A stretch of DNA of 63,471 nucleotides, filler included, from Collodictyon triciliatum (lineage: Eukaryota), in assembly GCA_043381765.1 (NCBI GenBank). It is 22 parts of 22 records of this genome, joined end to end, with 100 filler letters (N's around TTAATTAATTAA, not from the genome) between each part and the next. Parts side by side here need not be neighbours in the genome. Positions count along the whole stretch, not along the records: positions 49,155 to 51,938 come from JBHJMP010008301.1; positions 52,039 to 54,822 come from JBHJMP010008302.1; positions 54,923 to 57,706 come from JBHJMP010008303.1; positions 57,807 to 60,589 come from JBHJMP010008304.1; positions 60,690 to 63,471 come from JBHJMP010008305.1; 17 more parts are not named here. One strand, written 5' to 3'. The notes beneath the pieces were generated by a model. That model worked only from the letters and a program-made list of their open reading frames with translations. It searched no databases and was not told where the DNA came from. Shown here piece after piece: positions 50,007 to 63,471 of the stretch (the stretch's first letter is position 1; each line of letters opens with the position of its first letter). Both the position numbers and the translations under genes were made by a program.

Positions 50007-53000
50007 TGAGTGACTGATTATATTGTAAATTATTAAATATCTTACCCCCTTGAGTGGGGTTATTTGCTTCTCTATGCATCTCAGTCGGATTTTTTACTAT
50101 CATGATGCATAATTTTAATGCTATTCTAGCTTGTTGCTATCAGTATTACATATTTCTCTATCGAATATACATATCGATAGGCATTGGTCAAAAGAAGATA
50201 ACAGAAGGGAAAAAAACAGGTGTGGCTTAATTCGCTCATGTAATATTGGTATTTTTTGTATTCACCTATTGTTTCGATGTTTGTTGCGCCCTGGGAGACG
50301 TTTGATTCTTTGGTCTCCGTAGGCGATTCGGGGACATTGTTTGATTCATCTGCTAGTGTGTCTGGATTTTAGTTGTGTGAGGTGTTTCGCACAGAGTGAT
50401 AACAACGGCGTATTTTTAACATTTGTTTGTAAGTGGGGTCTAAAATGCTATATTATTTTAAAAGATGGAATGAATGGTGTTTTACCTGACATTGTGGCCG
50501 ATATAAATCTGTCTTTAAAGTGACCTTTGAAATGTTGGATACAGTCGAACTACTTGGACCCCCCTTGTTCGAGTGTGTACTATACTTTCTACGATAAAAT
50601 AATGAAAACCAAAAATATTTCCCCTTCCCCTTCTTCCCAGCCCGGATTTCGCGAGGAATATGACAGAAAATCTGCGCTTGGTGACCTCTGGAAGAACGAA
50701 AAGGAAATAGAGTTGACTCGCGTTGTGGACCTCACCAACTACCACAACTAAATCATTGTATATTCAGTTATTACAAATTCAGATTCGGATCGTGATAATT
50801 GATAGATAAGCGAAAAAAAAATTGTAATGGGATATTCAATTATTAGTAGTTATATGCGTATGAGATGTGGTATGGTTGCTGGATGATGCGAGTGGTTATG
50901 AATGATATTGGAGGAGGCGCATGTACCTTAGTATTTGTCTGGAGTAGACTTTTTGGTAAGTTTTCCCAAGGTGCTCGGTTGGATACCAGGCAGCTCTTTG
51001 TGATTGATGCGTGGAGTGAGCGCAGGTCATCATGACATGAAATTAGAATTATGGGAGGGGAGAGGATACTTCGTATTGAATACTCTTATATTGTTTTCCT
51101 CTTATATAATTTTTTTTTTTTTTGGAGTTCATCGGGTGAGTAGAATGTAATATATCTTCGTTATGATCATATTTGCAGCGACTATATGACTTATCATGAT
51201 AAATGGTTTGTTGTTGGTTTCCTCAAGCAGTGTATGCTTCAGAAGAATTGGAACATCTCATAAGAATATAACTAACAGCTTTACGCAAATACTCTAATAA
51301 AAAAGTCGTCGAGAATGACTGGTAGGGCATAAGAGGAATAAAGAAACAGCCGTAGAGTGTAAAGTAGATTGTCGGGTGATCTCGTGCATCAACTTTATGC
51401 CAGATTCAATAATAAGGCTACAAGGATGAAACAGCATGAAAAGCAGCTTGCTTCTTCTCTTCATATAAGGGAAGGCCATAAAGATGCACACACCCAATTT
51501 GTCATAATGATTCAGTGACATAAAGCTGGGATCAAGGACTCGCCCAACTGGGAAAAGCTCTCACTTTAATTGCACAAGGTACCCGGTTCAATGGGTGATC
51601 GGAGCCTCTTTTTTTTTCAGAAGGTCTCAGCTTATTCTTTCTTTTCTTTTTTTTTTCCCTCTTTTTCTTTTCCTTTACTTTTCTTTTTTTCTTTTTTTCT
51701 TTTTTTCTTTTTTTCTTTTTTTCTTTTTTTCTTTTCTTTTCTTTTTTTCTTTTTTTCTTTTTTTTCTCTTTCTCTTTCTCTTTCTTTTTTCTTTTCTTTT
51801 TTTCTTTTCTTTGCTTCTTTTTCTCTTTCTTTTTCTCTTTCTTTTTCTCTTTCTTTTTCTCTTTCTTTTTCTCTTTCTCTTTCTCTTTCTCTTTCTCTTT
51901 CTCTTTCTCTTTCTCTTTCTCTTTCTCTTTCTCTTTCTNNNNNNNNNNNNNNNNNNNNNNNNNNNNNNNNNNNNNNNNNNNNTTAATTAATTAANNNNNN
52001 NNNNNNNNNNNNNNNNNNNNNNNNNNNNNNNNNNNNNNACATCTAAAGCTCAAGACATGCTATGTACTTTGTGAATTTTTGTACACTATAAGCGATACAA
52101 CTAAGAGAGCATAGCCTGAAGAAATTTATATATATATATATATTTAAAAAAAGGAGATGTTTAGGAATCTATTCAAAAGATATTCATGCATCGACTAAAT
52201 TAAATCAACGTAGAAAGCACATCCATTTCGATTACCAAAAAAAAAAATTGCAGCGAATTACATATATTTTATATTTAACCATTCAATGATTTATTTTCGA
52301 TGCTGTATTACATTAAAAATCGTTATATTATAATTCGTTCACAGTTATCCACTATCACACAAAGCATCAGACGATGGCCAGCCGAAACCAAATTATGAAA
52401 TGTTTTTAAAGTATATGATTTTGCTTCATTCTCGTTATCATATTTAATAGTGTAGTTTTTATGACATTATATTTTTTTCATCGAATAACCTTAAACCAAT
52501 TTTTTTTCAATGTCGGTTTGCGGTCTTTATTCTTCCCTCAAAATGAAAACACAAGGTGTAATGTCCCATCTATAGCAACTAATCAAGATATTTTCAATAG
52601 CTGTGACACCATATGCCAAATGAGACGTATGAATGGAGTAAAAAGACGCAATCTTCACTAAATATTTCATATATGCTTTACATTCGACATAGTTTATACA
52701 AAAAATTGCTATCTTTGCAATATGTTGCTTAATTTCTAAGTTTTTTACGTGAATATAATAGTTACCTGCCGTACGCATGAAGAGTTCGTTCTGAGGAATG
52801 TTTGGATTTCCATATGCGAAGAGTTATTCATTTATACAATCACTTAGCTTCATGAATGTTTTTATAGATGAAATATGCATGGAAACTGTGGCCTATGTCC
52901 AGGTTTTATTATACAATTATATATGAGTTTAGTGAGTCATGGTTGTTTCAAAAATAAAAAAATATGGAATGATGAAGCCAGAAAAATCAGCGATGCCGAG

Positions 53001-56000
53001 TGAACATAACGCCATGAACTTTATTAGATACAAAAGATCTATGTATGATTCAGTCATAACCAAACTGTCCTTCTTTTATTCAATTTTTATATACTTTCTA
53101 TTCAAAGCACACACAGGTCGATTTTTATCACGGCTCCATGACATGGTTTGGAGTAAAGATGTATCAAGACAACCAGGCATGATTTGATAAAACATCCTCC
53201 ATTTTGATATCTTTTTTTATGCAAATCATTTTTTCAATTTGATTTTTGCAATTTTAGGTGATTTTGGATTAGATTCGCTAGCTCTTGTTTGCATGTATGC
53301 TTTTTTCGGAACCTGAGGGTCAGAGAAGAAGTCGGTCATCAGGATTTACATTCCGCACTTTGACCTTTAGCCATGGTTTTATAGCCACATGAAAGGTAAG
53401 GGGAGTTTTACTCACTTTCTCGGTTACTTTACACGCATCTCTTCTCATAGGGTTCTGACTAATGAAAACATGAAGATGGAGAAATAATCAGCTGTAGAAA
53501 AGGGAGCCATATCACATTGGTAGCAACGTTTCTGCACATTCACAGGCTCTGATATTTATATTCATGCACAGAACTGTTGTATGAAGAGACATCCTGCCGT
53601 GTGAGAAATGATTTCTAATTCACTTTGATATCGAAATTTTATTAGTTCATTTTTTGACCTTTAATACCATAAAATACCATGTTTATTTCCTCTTATCTTT
53701 ATGCAGCGCACACTTTTTTGGAGAGGTTACTGAAATTGATGCCTTTTATTTTATTTAGACCACCTATTTTTAAAATGATGTTAATTCAACTAGAGCTGCT
53801 TGTATTCTGCTGTGCCATTTTGATGAAAATAACGACATGATTGAATTGTTTTGATGAGCCTACACAAGTAATTAAATTCAAGTATTTTTGATAACGAAGC
53901 GATAATTTCAGAATTTATTTATTTTAGAATATCATTAATTCAATTTTGAACATTTATAATCTTTACATGGAGGCGAATAGACAATATGGTTATGTAATCA
54001 TATATAAGTCGATATTGTCAACGTAGGCTCTGATAACTAACATTTCAAGGCAGTATCCTATTTCATTTATCACTCCGATATATTATTTTTGTATTTCTAC
54101 TCATATAGGAATGACTATATATATGCCTCTTGGAGGACTGCTGCTGAAGTAAACGAAAGTGACAGAGGTTTTTTTATTCTAGATATGTATATTTTTTACT
54201 TCACACATAGAAATCGATTCATACAGGGACTATATGAATTTAGTCAGCTTTAACGATTACTTCAGTTTATTCTTGTCCAATTTCAATAACTTAAAATGAC
54301 TATAGCCACTGCGCAACCAAATTACTTGCATTCTGAATAATGTAATATTGATATAAAATGTTGTATTCATGATTATGCCTACATGAATGAGAAAACTTAA
54401 TATTCGTTTACACCACGCAGGAACCAGTTGGAGGCCTTTGAATACCCAATTTAGCCGAAAGTAGATGAATTTGTTTGCTTATCATGTTGCTTATCTCACG
54501 GTCTATTACGTGACCTGCAATGAAAGATTATATTAAACAAATGCTTTTATTTTACCTCATTTTCAATTACGTGATTAAAATAGAAGATTTATAAGTTTAT
54601 GTCAGTTTCATGCCGCATCGCTAATCTGGGTAATATTAGAATAGCTCAATACAGCACATTTTTTATCATTTTTTTAAATTTGATTCAATCGAAAAATTTG
54701 TTAAGCAAAAAGAGGTGTTTATACATCAGTATCATAAGAATCTCGAGATTTATCTTTAAATTTATTTTAGAATTCCGATGCATTTGTTAAATGATGAATC
54801 AGAATTAACATATGAATGAGCANNNNNNNNNNNNNNNNNNNNNNNNNNNNNNNNNNNNNNNNNNNNTTAATTAATTAANNNNNNNNNNNNNNNNNNNNNN
54901 NNNNNNNNNNNNNNNNNNNNNNAAAACAAAAACAAAAACAAAAACAAAAACAAAAACAAAAACAAAAACAAAAACAAAAACAAAAACAAAAACAAAAACA
55001 AAAACAAAAACAAAAACAAAACAAACATTGACTCATTTTCTCTCTCTTCGACCGCCCCCCCCCCCCCCCCCCCCCCTCCCCCCTTTTTTTTTTTTTCTCG
55101 CTTTACCACAATTATTGAAGCTTTCTGCTTTTTTTGAAGAAAAAGTGGGGCTAAGAAAATAGATACTTAGTTTTAAGAGAATCCTAGCAGTTTTTGCAAT
55201 CATAAACTTCTGATATTATCTGCGCTCCTGCAAGAGTCTTTGTTTTTTGTTTGACTTTTCGTGCGTTCGGGAAATAAATCGCCATTTTAATTCAACACAA
55301 ATACAGACATTTCAATACGATATGATAACGTACAATTACATATGAATTACAATCACTTTGAATATAATATAGGAAGAAATACAAAATGCAGTCAAATACA
55401 CATATCTCGCGGTTGGTTTTGTTGCAAAGACCGGTCTGTGCTATAGTTTCCAGTTTTGGATAAACAAATAAAACTGACGAATAAGGTGCCCACTCCCCAG
55501 ACAATACATTCATTGAAAAAATCCAGAATAGTCCGGTGACGCAATTTTTCAAACGGCCGGTGGATTTTCTTCTTGCGATTACAACGGACACTAAGTTAGG
55601 CAATATTTTAGGAACGAAAGATTCATTGATTCATTCCCCTTCTGGATATTTCAACGGAACATGAAAAATTATCCACCACAGCAACAGCGAGAACTTAATT
55701 GTGAAGCAAACAAGCTCATTCTTGTGCAACCAGGAGCCTAATATGGAAAAAGACGAAAAGAACACAAAAACAAATGCAAGTGCAACTGCAAAAGTATAAT
55801 GTAGAGTCCAAAAACAAAGTGAATGGGAGGCAACAGTAGAAACAGAAGCCTGCGACGGACTCGTTCTATAAATAACTAGAGATAGGCACGAAGCCAACAC
55901 AAAGGCCCCAACAGCTCGATCCGCTTGCATTGCCCAGTCCGTCCCAGCTTCTCCCAAGCCCGCGCTCGGGCCAATATTCGCTCACGCATCATTCTGGTGC

Positions 56001-56181
56001 TTCACAGTTCCACCCGAAAGAAAACCTATCGAACCATAAATCACACCTGGGCGTTTAAGTTGTGAGCGATTTAACAGGCTGATCGATCACGGGCAGTGTT
56101 TACAAGGTGAGACATGTTGACTCCTACTGACTCAATTTTTGTGCAGAGGAACCATTCCACTGGGAAGTTGAGGTTCTGGTC

Positions 56182-57548
56182 ATGCAAAGCGATCAGAATT
56201 CACGACCGGCTAAGGAGGCCGAGAGTGGTATATACAATGTGTCAGGGCCTCACGACGGGAGCCAACGCTCATTACTGCGAATGTCCTTGTCTTCTACTGC
56301 GTCTGCTGGTCTCATGGACATGGGGGATCTGGCCAACGTATGGAACCGCAAGGACGGGCTGCAGGACGTAGACGCAGATATCGCCCGCCAAATCAGAGCA
56401 AAGTATGAGAAGAACCGCTGGCTGACTTTTCTGGTGGGTATCTAACTCTTATATGGACCCTCGTTTCTCTCCCATTTCCTTCGTATTCTCCCCCTTTTTT
56501 ATGCACTTTTCCCTCTAAATATCTACGAAAATTGAAATATACACAACAAGCACTTTGCATGTCCGTAGCCAAACAAGATTGCCTTCTCTTGTTAGTGTAA
56601 TTTATAAGGCGAATAGGGGTTTTTTTTTAACTAGCACCATTCTACAGGACCTTGAACTAGAGGAAGAGTTTATGGAAAAGTATTTTTACAGCTCTGTCAA
56701 AAGTCATAGAAAGTTCATTTGGATAGTAATCATCATATTTCTGGCTTTTCTGGCGTTGATGTTCATGACAGGGACCTTGGTCGCTCCGTATGTGATCATA
56801 AACCTTGCTTGTATCATCGTGGCAAGTGTGGTCATCGGCCTGACATATCATAAGTAATGACACCTTCGTTATTTTATTTGCTCTTATCTTTGTTAATTGT
56901 TGATATTGTTGGCCTTTTTGCACTTGTTATTATATTAAATGACCGTATTATCTCATATTTAGATCTAAGATAAAAATATATAGCTAATAACGAAAGTCTT
57001 TATCCCAGACCAGCATAAATGCTCAAAAGGGTAAAAAAATAAATGGTGTACTCAATTTTCTTTTGTTGTTTATCATCCGATAGAAACTTGCGCTCCATTC
57101 ATCTGAATTTGATAAGCTATGTAATAATAATCGAAATGGCGGGTGTTGGAGCACAACGATATTTCGCTGACATGTATGATGATGACCCGTCTTACTTGTC
57201 GAAGGCGGACGCCAGATATTTTCATATAATGATGTTTTTCGCTTACTACTGCATATTTATGTCCTTGAGATTCCCATTCAAGGTAAGGCAACAAAAAAAA
57301 AAAAAGCCAGATATATCTTGTTCAGCGCACGGTTAAGTGATTCAATATTTTTTTTTTAAAAAAAAATGCACATGTAGGTAGCATGCAAGGTCTTCGTGAT
57401 AATAGGGCTCATGTTCATCATTATGATTGCCTGTTATCCTATCATTACGTTCATGGACATGATAGAGAACATTCTGATTATGGTCGGTGTTGTTGGCTCC
57501 ATTGCTTCAGCTGGTTATGCAAACGAGCTCAGATACAGAAACCAAGAT
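56182..57548 (+). CDS. Multipass membrane protein resembling the TM module of adenylyl/guanylyl cyclases; 3' truncated
   Basis: Four in-frame exons: RWLTFL|DLELEEEFMEKY (LtF.d.eLE..y motif), about six TM helices, LRF..K, YANELRYR (E...R motif). No catalytic domain in the contig. Confidence 0.62.
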
Positions 57549-57609
57549 GTAATACTCATATAAAATAAAGCGCAATTTCCTAAATAACAACAACAATATT
57601 AACAACAAT

Positions 57610-57706
<97 letters not shown>

Positions 57707-57885
57707 NNNNNNNNNNNNNNNNNNNNNNNNNNNNNNNNNNNNNNNNNNNNTTAATTAATTAANNNNNNNNNNNNNNNNNNNNNNNNNNNNNNNNNNNNNN
57801 NNNNNNTTTATTGTTTATTTTTTTGTTTTTTTGTTTTTTTGTTTTTTTGTTTTTTTGTTTTTTTGTTTATTGTTTATTTTGTCAG

Positions 57886-58170
57886 GCTGAAAGGATATTA
57901 AAAGCTCTTGCAATAAAACTTGAGAAGGGGCGCATGAGAGCTTTACCTGGGATGAAAACAATCTTGAGCGGAGACGGGGTTGAGCCTCGCAGGGGCGATC
58001 GGAAGACAACAACGTCTGTTGGGACTCCACAGACTTGTATGCTTTGGATGGCTCCGTGTTGGACGCTTTTCCACACGGCTGCAGAAGGAGACAGACTTGT
58101 TTGCACCGTCATCGACCTGCTTCAGGAAGAGAGAAATGAGCGGCTGCCCTTGGTTGAAGGCCAAAGCTAA
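57886..58170 (+). CDS. Possible terminal exon of an unknown gene
   Basis: CAG acceptor after a pyrimidine tract, open frame to TAA, higher GC; no domain recognised. Confidence 0.3.
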   Translation, partial: AERILKALAIKLEKGRMRALPGMKTILSGDGVEPRRGDRKTTTSVGTPQTCMLWMAPCWTLFHTAAEGDRLVCTVIDLLQEERNERLPLVEGQS

Positions 58171-58590
58171 AGATAAAAAGAAAAAAGGAAAAAAATAAAG
58201 GGAAAAAGAAAATGCTTCGCCGTTTATTAGTTTGCAGTCCGCTGCAAGGTTTGGTGCTCAACAGCACTGACAAGCAGGCTGTGTTTCGTTCTCGTAACTT
58301 CTTTATCGTGTTTTGCTGTGTTGTTTTGTTGTTTTTCTTTTAATTGCTTCTTATTGGCTGTTTTGTGTTGTTGTGTTGTTGTTTTTGTTTGTTGTTTTGT
58401 TGGTTTGTTGTTTTGTTGGTTTGTTGTTGTTTTGTTGGTTTGTTGTTTTGTTTTTTGTTTTGTTTTGTTTTGTTTTTTTACTGCTTTTTATTGGATGTAC
58501 AAAATCAAGATTTCGGCGGTGCAAAAGAAGCGAGAGGAAAGAAAAGAGCCAAAAGCCGATTCCAATGCCGATGCCGTTTGGTTCGTTTGG

Positions 58591-60589
58591 TCAGGGTGAA
58601 TCCGGTGCGCCTTGGAGAATCATAACGCCTTCTTCGCTGTCAGAAAAGTCATCGGCGGACTCCTCCTTAGAATTGCCGCTGCGTTGGAGATATTCAATGT
58701 CGGTTGATTTTGCAGCTGATTTTCGTCTTTGTAATTGATGGTTGTTTGAAAGAGACAGAGACAGAGAGAGAAAGTGAAAGAGAGAGAAAAAAAACATACA
58801 TCTATATAATACATCTTCCAAGAAGAATGAAAACAGGCGGTAAGCGGGACAGAGAAGAGGAAAAGAAAGGAGGGGAAATGGAAGAGCTGAAACAGCGCAA
58901 AGGAGGTGGGATGAATTGGTAAAGAAGTTACTGCTTTGTCACGACGCTGTGAAGCTCCACGGCTCTGTTTTCTTCCGGTGGCAAGTAGTTAAGTCGGAGG
59001 AAGGGTATGATGAACCTAAATGTTGATAGCGCCAGATTTCAATTCAGCTTGTAAAGAATGAAAACAAAGTAAAATGTTGGGAACAACTATGCGAAGCGAT
59101 GCGGAAAAAAGAAAAAAAAACAGCTTGAATACTATGAAAATAATATCTCAATCCGGATGGGCAGATTAACTCGATGTTCTGATGGATTTACAAACATGTT
59201 GTCGATTCTAGTGAACCAGTTTTGCTGTGATTTTGTTCCTGATTGGTGTGTGTTTCCAATAATCTGCCCAGAGGGACTCTAAAGACACAAATCATAATAA
59301 TCTCAGTGACGAATATTATACTTTAGATGAACCCGACCCAGAATATCCTTGATTGTATCCATCTTTTTAATCAAATGAAAAAAAAACTCTTTTTTTTATT
59401 GTGTGTTGACCTGAGAAAACAATCAGTCAAAATAAAAGAGCTATTCAAAACATACTGACCTCAACTTTTATCATGTGGATTGCATTTCCATAGGGGATTT
59501 TGAACACTTTCAGGAGCGGTGTTGTCCCAACACCCATGAACAGAATCGTAAATATGACAATCGTCAGCTGCCGTCAGTCGATAACATATGATTAAGTCAT
59601 TATTGTCATGCATATGCGTTTCTTTCTGGTTATATTTGACTGATTGCAGCAATCGCCATGAAAACTATCCTGGTTACTTGATTTTTTTTTAAAAAAAAAA
59701 AACTTAATAATGAGGCAGCTATTGCAACGCACCGTGGTTGTGACTATGATTTGGTTGTTCTCTCCTTCAAAACTGAGTGCAAGAGCGAAAGCCACTGCGC
59801 CGCGTAGTCCTTAATTCATATGAAAGTGATGGAGACAAACTTGAAAGACTCAGGAAGGAAATAATATCTCATCAACTATTAAGGACTAACAACTGATATT
59901 GTAAGGAGATATTGAATTACACATACCCGAAAACCACATTATAATCTGGTAGTTCCATTCTATTGTAATTGATCGAAAGATATTCAATAGGAAACTAAGT
60001 GGGAAAACATTCATCGCACGTCCCACAAAAATGAGAATCTATGAGAGTGGTATATGGATAATAAATTTTCAAGTATTTAGCAAATTGTTTGGAACAGCGT
60101 CAGCGACCACCGGCATTCAGATGGTGCATAGCGATGAAGAACGGAGAGGATAACTTGTGTATAAGTCAGCTCATACCAAAGATGCGAATACAATCGACTG
60201 AGAAAAAACGTGTTGAAATGAAAACACTGCCATCCCCAAGTATGCAAACATCAGCGTCTCAGCCATGAAGGCGAGCATTTGGAAGACTTGCTATGAAACA
60301 AAAAAAATAATTATTGAACTGTTATGGAAAAAAAAGAAACAGAAAGAAAAGCTTAAAAATGTGTCTGCAGAACTTTTGGACAAATAATCAAACGGTTTCT
60401 TTCAGCAGTTTTGAGATATTGGGTTTTATATCATCCATAAACACGTGTAAAACAAATAAAAAAGCACAAGATTTCTGAAGAGAGAGAGAGAACAGTTAAG
60501 GAACATACTTTTGTGGCTATTAGAGTTGTTGGTGACAGATTGTAATTCATGTAGTGTGAGTTTGTTATTCCACCGAAGAAAATAGCAAA
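58591..60589 (-). CDS. Na+/H+ exchanger (CPA1, NHE8/NHX-like), C-terminal half
   Basis: AIFFGGITNSHY..YNLS, AFMAETLMFAYLGMAVF, GRAMNVFPL, IMWFS|GLRGAVAFALAL, TTT|LMIVIFT..G..T.PLL; in-frame GT-AG introns; TGA at 58591. Confidence 0.93.
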
Positions 60590-60689
60590 NNNNNNNNNNN
60601 NNNNNNNNNNNNNNNNNNNNNNNNNNNNNNNNNTTAATTAATTAANNNNNNNNNNNNNNNNNNNNNNNNNNNNNNNNNNNNNNNNNNNN

Positions 60690-63370
60690 GCCCATAGATG
60701 ATTAAATACAGTGATATAATTTTGGAAATGGCAAGATATGCAAAGTTCACCTAATAAAATCCTGTTACATATTTCTTGCAAAAAAAAAAAACATAAAAAT
60801 AAATGATTTCAGGGATTATCCAACATTAGAAACATATAATTAAATCAAGATAATCCAAACTACCTGCGATGTAAAGGAAATCAGTATTATCCAGCTCAGT
60901 AAAAGTACATTTGAATGCACTTTCCTTAAGGCGAGTATATTCTGGATGCTCCGCATCAGCGCCTGTGTATTCACTGTCATCTAGATGAATGAATAAATCA
61001 TAAGAATTTGCTGTTAATTGTTTTTGGGAGTCTGAGTATCCTATGTTCTAAAACAAAATGAACCAGAATGTAATACACAGCACATTATAGTCATGAAAAG
61101 TATGTATCTGATGTACTAGGCCGAAAATGAAATACCATCCAAGGGTGAAACCAGAGCCTTATAGAAGTTAGCGTATTCTAGATAATATAATATAAATGAA
61201 AAGGCGGATACTTTCCCAACCGAGACAAACTTTCGCTAATTGCTTTGCATGAATTCTTCAGTGTCGAAATTGGATATTATAACCACTAATCGTAGATACT
61301 CCACCGTCAATGTAATTAGTATATAGAGACATTCACCTGCTGACCCTGGAATTGCTTCTAGAAGTTTTGCCTTTCGTTCGAAACAAAGTTTATGAAACAA
61401 ATTCAGTAAATCGTGGTCAGCTTCCGACATTAGGTCGATGGGGAGAGGCCTCAAAGTTCCCGACAGCTCGGGCCATTCACTTTTCGCGTGTCGAACTAGG
61501 ATTTGATCGTAATTAGGGGAAAAGAAACGGATAGAAAAATAAAACAGATGAAATCATATCAAAGCAATTCAATAACACAGCATAAAGAAGAAAAGGAAAA
61601 AGGAAAAAAATGAAAAAAATGAAAAAAAATGAAAAAAAATGAAAAAAATGAAAAAAATGAAAAAAAACAAAACAAAACAAAAAGTAACGTGAGCTAAGGG
61701 ATGAAGTAATCCAATGAACTCTTCGAATTTCGGATAGATTGTAAGGAAAACAGAGTAAATTGAAGAATAAAAGGGGAAGCTACCATCCGTATCCCTAGTA
61801 AGATTCAAGAGATAATCGTTCATGAGCTTGGTACAAGAGTCAAGATATTTTTGCATTTCTGCCATGAACGGCTCTTTAGACCCAAATGCAACACCACTAG
61901 CAAGCCCCTGAGTTATAAAGACCTTTCAGAATATGCGATGCAATCAATTGAAAAATAATAATGAAGTATTGCAGAGTTATCCCTATGGTTTCTTTCAAAT
62001 TCGAACACCCTCCTCAACAAAACAAAACGAAAACGAAAACGAACAATTGCACCTCCGGAATACCTGAAGAACTTTACTGAGAAGAATCAGGTTTCTTCTA
62101 GATGTTGGCGGTATTGTTCTACTTCCGTGAATAAGACCTCGCTTTTCTGGATTTATGATGGACGGGTTCACAAATCTTAACCGAAAGCGACAATTTAAAA
62201 TTAGTCACAGTATAATAAAACGGCAAATAATGTTTCAAATTGATCATGCATAATTTCAATTGATTTCATTTCATTTACTTATACTTTGAAAATGAAAAAA
62301 AATTACTGTAGGATCAAGTAAGAGCCTTAACCTTAAAATGAAGAATCCTCCAATAAGTGGTGCCACAGATTCAGGTGTGTATTTTCTGGCACATGACCCG
62401 ATTATATGACATATTGCTCTGTAATGAGAATATGTGATGGTGAGTATTGAAGGAACTGTATCAATTAAAATCAACTGGAGTTTCTCATTCATAAGCTACA
62501 GAAGCTTTATATATGAAGAATATATGTGTGCGTCTAATTTAACTTGTAGAAAGTACCGAATCATCCTTGGCAATTTACTAAGAGCCTCTTCACTTCTCAA
62601 TCCAGCTAGTATCTATAGATAAAGTGAATTGACACATGTATGGTGTAAATAGAGACAGTATAAATACATGTCCCTGTAAACGAATTCATTACATATGGTT
62701 ATAGTCGCCTCGGAATTTTCCCTCAATAACATAAATTAAGAAAAGGGTCTCATAAGAACTATTTGGTATGGATACCCTGTTACAAGCAGATTCCAGCCTG
62801 GTTTTATTCTGTCGTACAACTTTGCTGATCGCTTTTTCATTTTGGGGAGACTGTTCCAAGCTCAATTGCATGGCAACCTTACTGTAAATTGAAAGGGGGA
62901 ATAATGAGAACTGCTCAGTATTTGCTTCAATCAGGTTTCATTCATATGATTTGTGACATCTGTATGTTTGAATGTGTGCCTGGGGTCTATCTCGAAGCTT
63001 TCCTGAGGATTGAATACGATTCCGTTGATGACAGGGCCAATAGACTCCTTCAGAAACGATGTCCCAGTGACTAAAACGTCGATTAGGTGATATTAATCAC
63101 TCATATATAGTGCAAACAAATCACATAATTCAGTTTCGATCACTGCTATATGTGTTTTGCCCTATTAATCAAAAGAAATCTTTCAAACGTGTTTGTGCTG
63201 AGATCATTTTGCTTAAAATGTCTTCGTTTCTAGATGCAGTGCCCAATCGTGTTGAAGTAGTAAATTAATCGATGGAAGAAAGAGTAAGTGGAGCTGCTGA
63301 TGCACTTATGCAGCGATATCAAATACAACATTCTCGTGGAAGGATGAAAACATTTGGCTGACCAAGATGA
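60690..63370 (-). CDS. Multi-exon gene fragment, unknown product
   Basis: Series of short stop-free segments bounded by AG/GT (e.g. EMQKYLDSCTKLMNDYLL..., DLLNLFHKLCFERKAKLLE..., DAEHPEYTRLKESAF); no family recognised. Confidence 0.5.
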
Positions 63371-63376
63371 ATAAGC

Positions 63377-63377
<1 letters not shown>

Positions 63378-63471
<94 letters not shown>
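63378..63471. repeat. (AAAG)n microsatellite
   Basis: Directly visible. Confidence 0.95.

Overview
This window is not one locus. It is 22 unrelated contigs of about 2.78-2.83 kb, nearly sorted by decreasing length and joined by an artificial 100-nt linker (N44-TTAATTAATTAA-N44), so neighbourhood across linkers means nothing. Twenty-one contigs look like an AT-rich, intron-rich, microsatellite-rich eukaryote (probably a protist) using the standard genetic code and short spliceosomal introns. One contig (8684-11477) is bacterial, FCB-group-like, with T9SS-type cargo genes. Eukaryotic genes recognised by manual splicing and motif reading: myristoylated LRR plus TKL kinase-SAM (probably one gene via a GC-AG intron), taspase-1, histone H2A, a tandem-GT8 glycosyltransferase, a decayed WDR27, a divergent OSBP/ORP, a STAND(NACHT)-like TPR protein with one repeat per 126-nt exon, YjbQ/UPF0047 with micro-exons, a RING-H2 ligase, an HDHD3-like HAD hydrolase, a signal-peptide-bearing HET-E-like WD40 protein, a GCC2/GCC3 Cys-rich multipass surface protein, an (HAET)n protein, two cyclase-like multipass proteins and an NHE exchanger, plus several L1/Tx1-like retrotransposon relics. 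The best lead is a set of immune-receptor-like repeat proteins with conserved scaffolds and position-specific variability (TPR exon cassettes, an apparently extracellular WD40). All identities come from motif recognition by eye; no searches were run.
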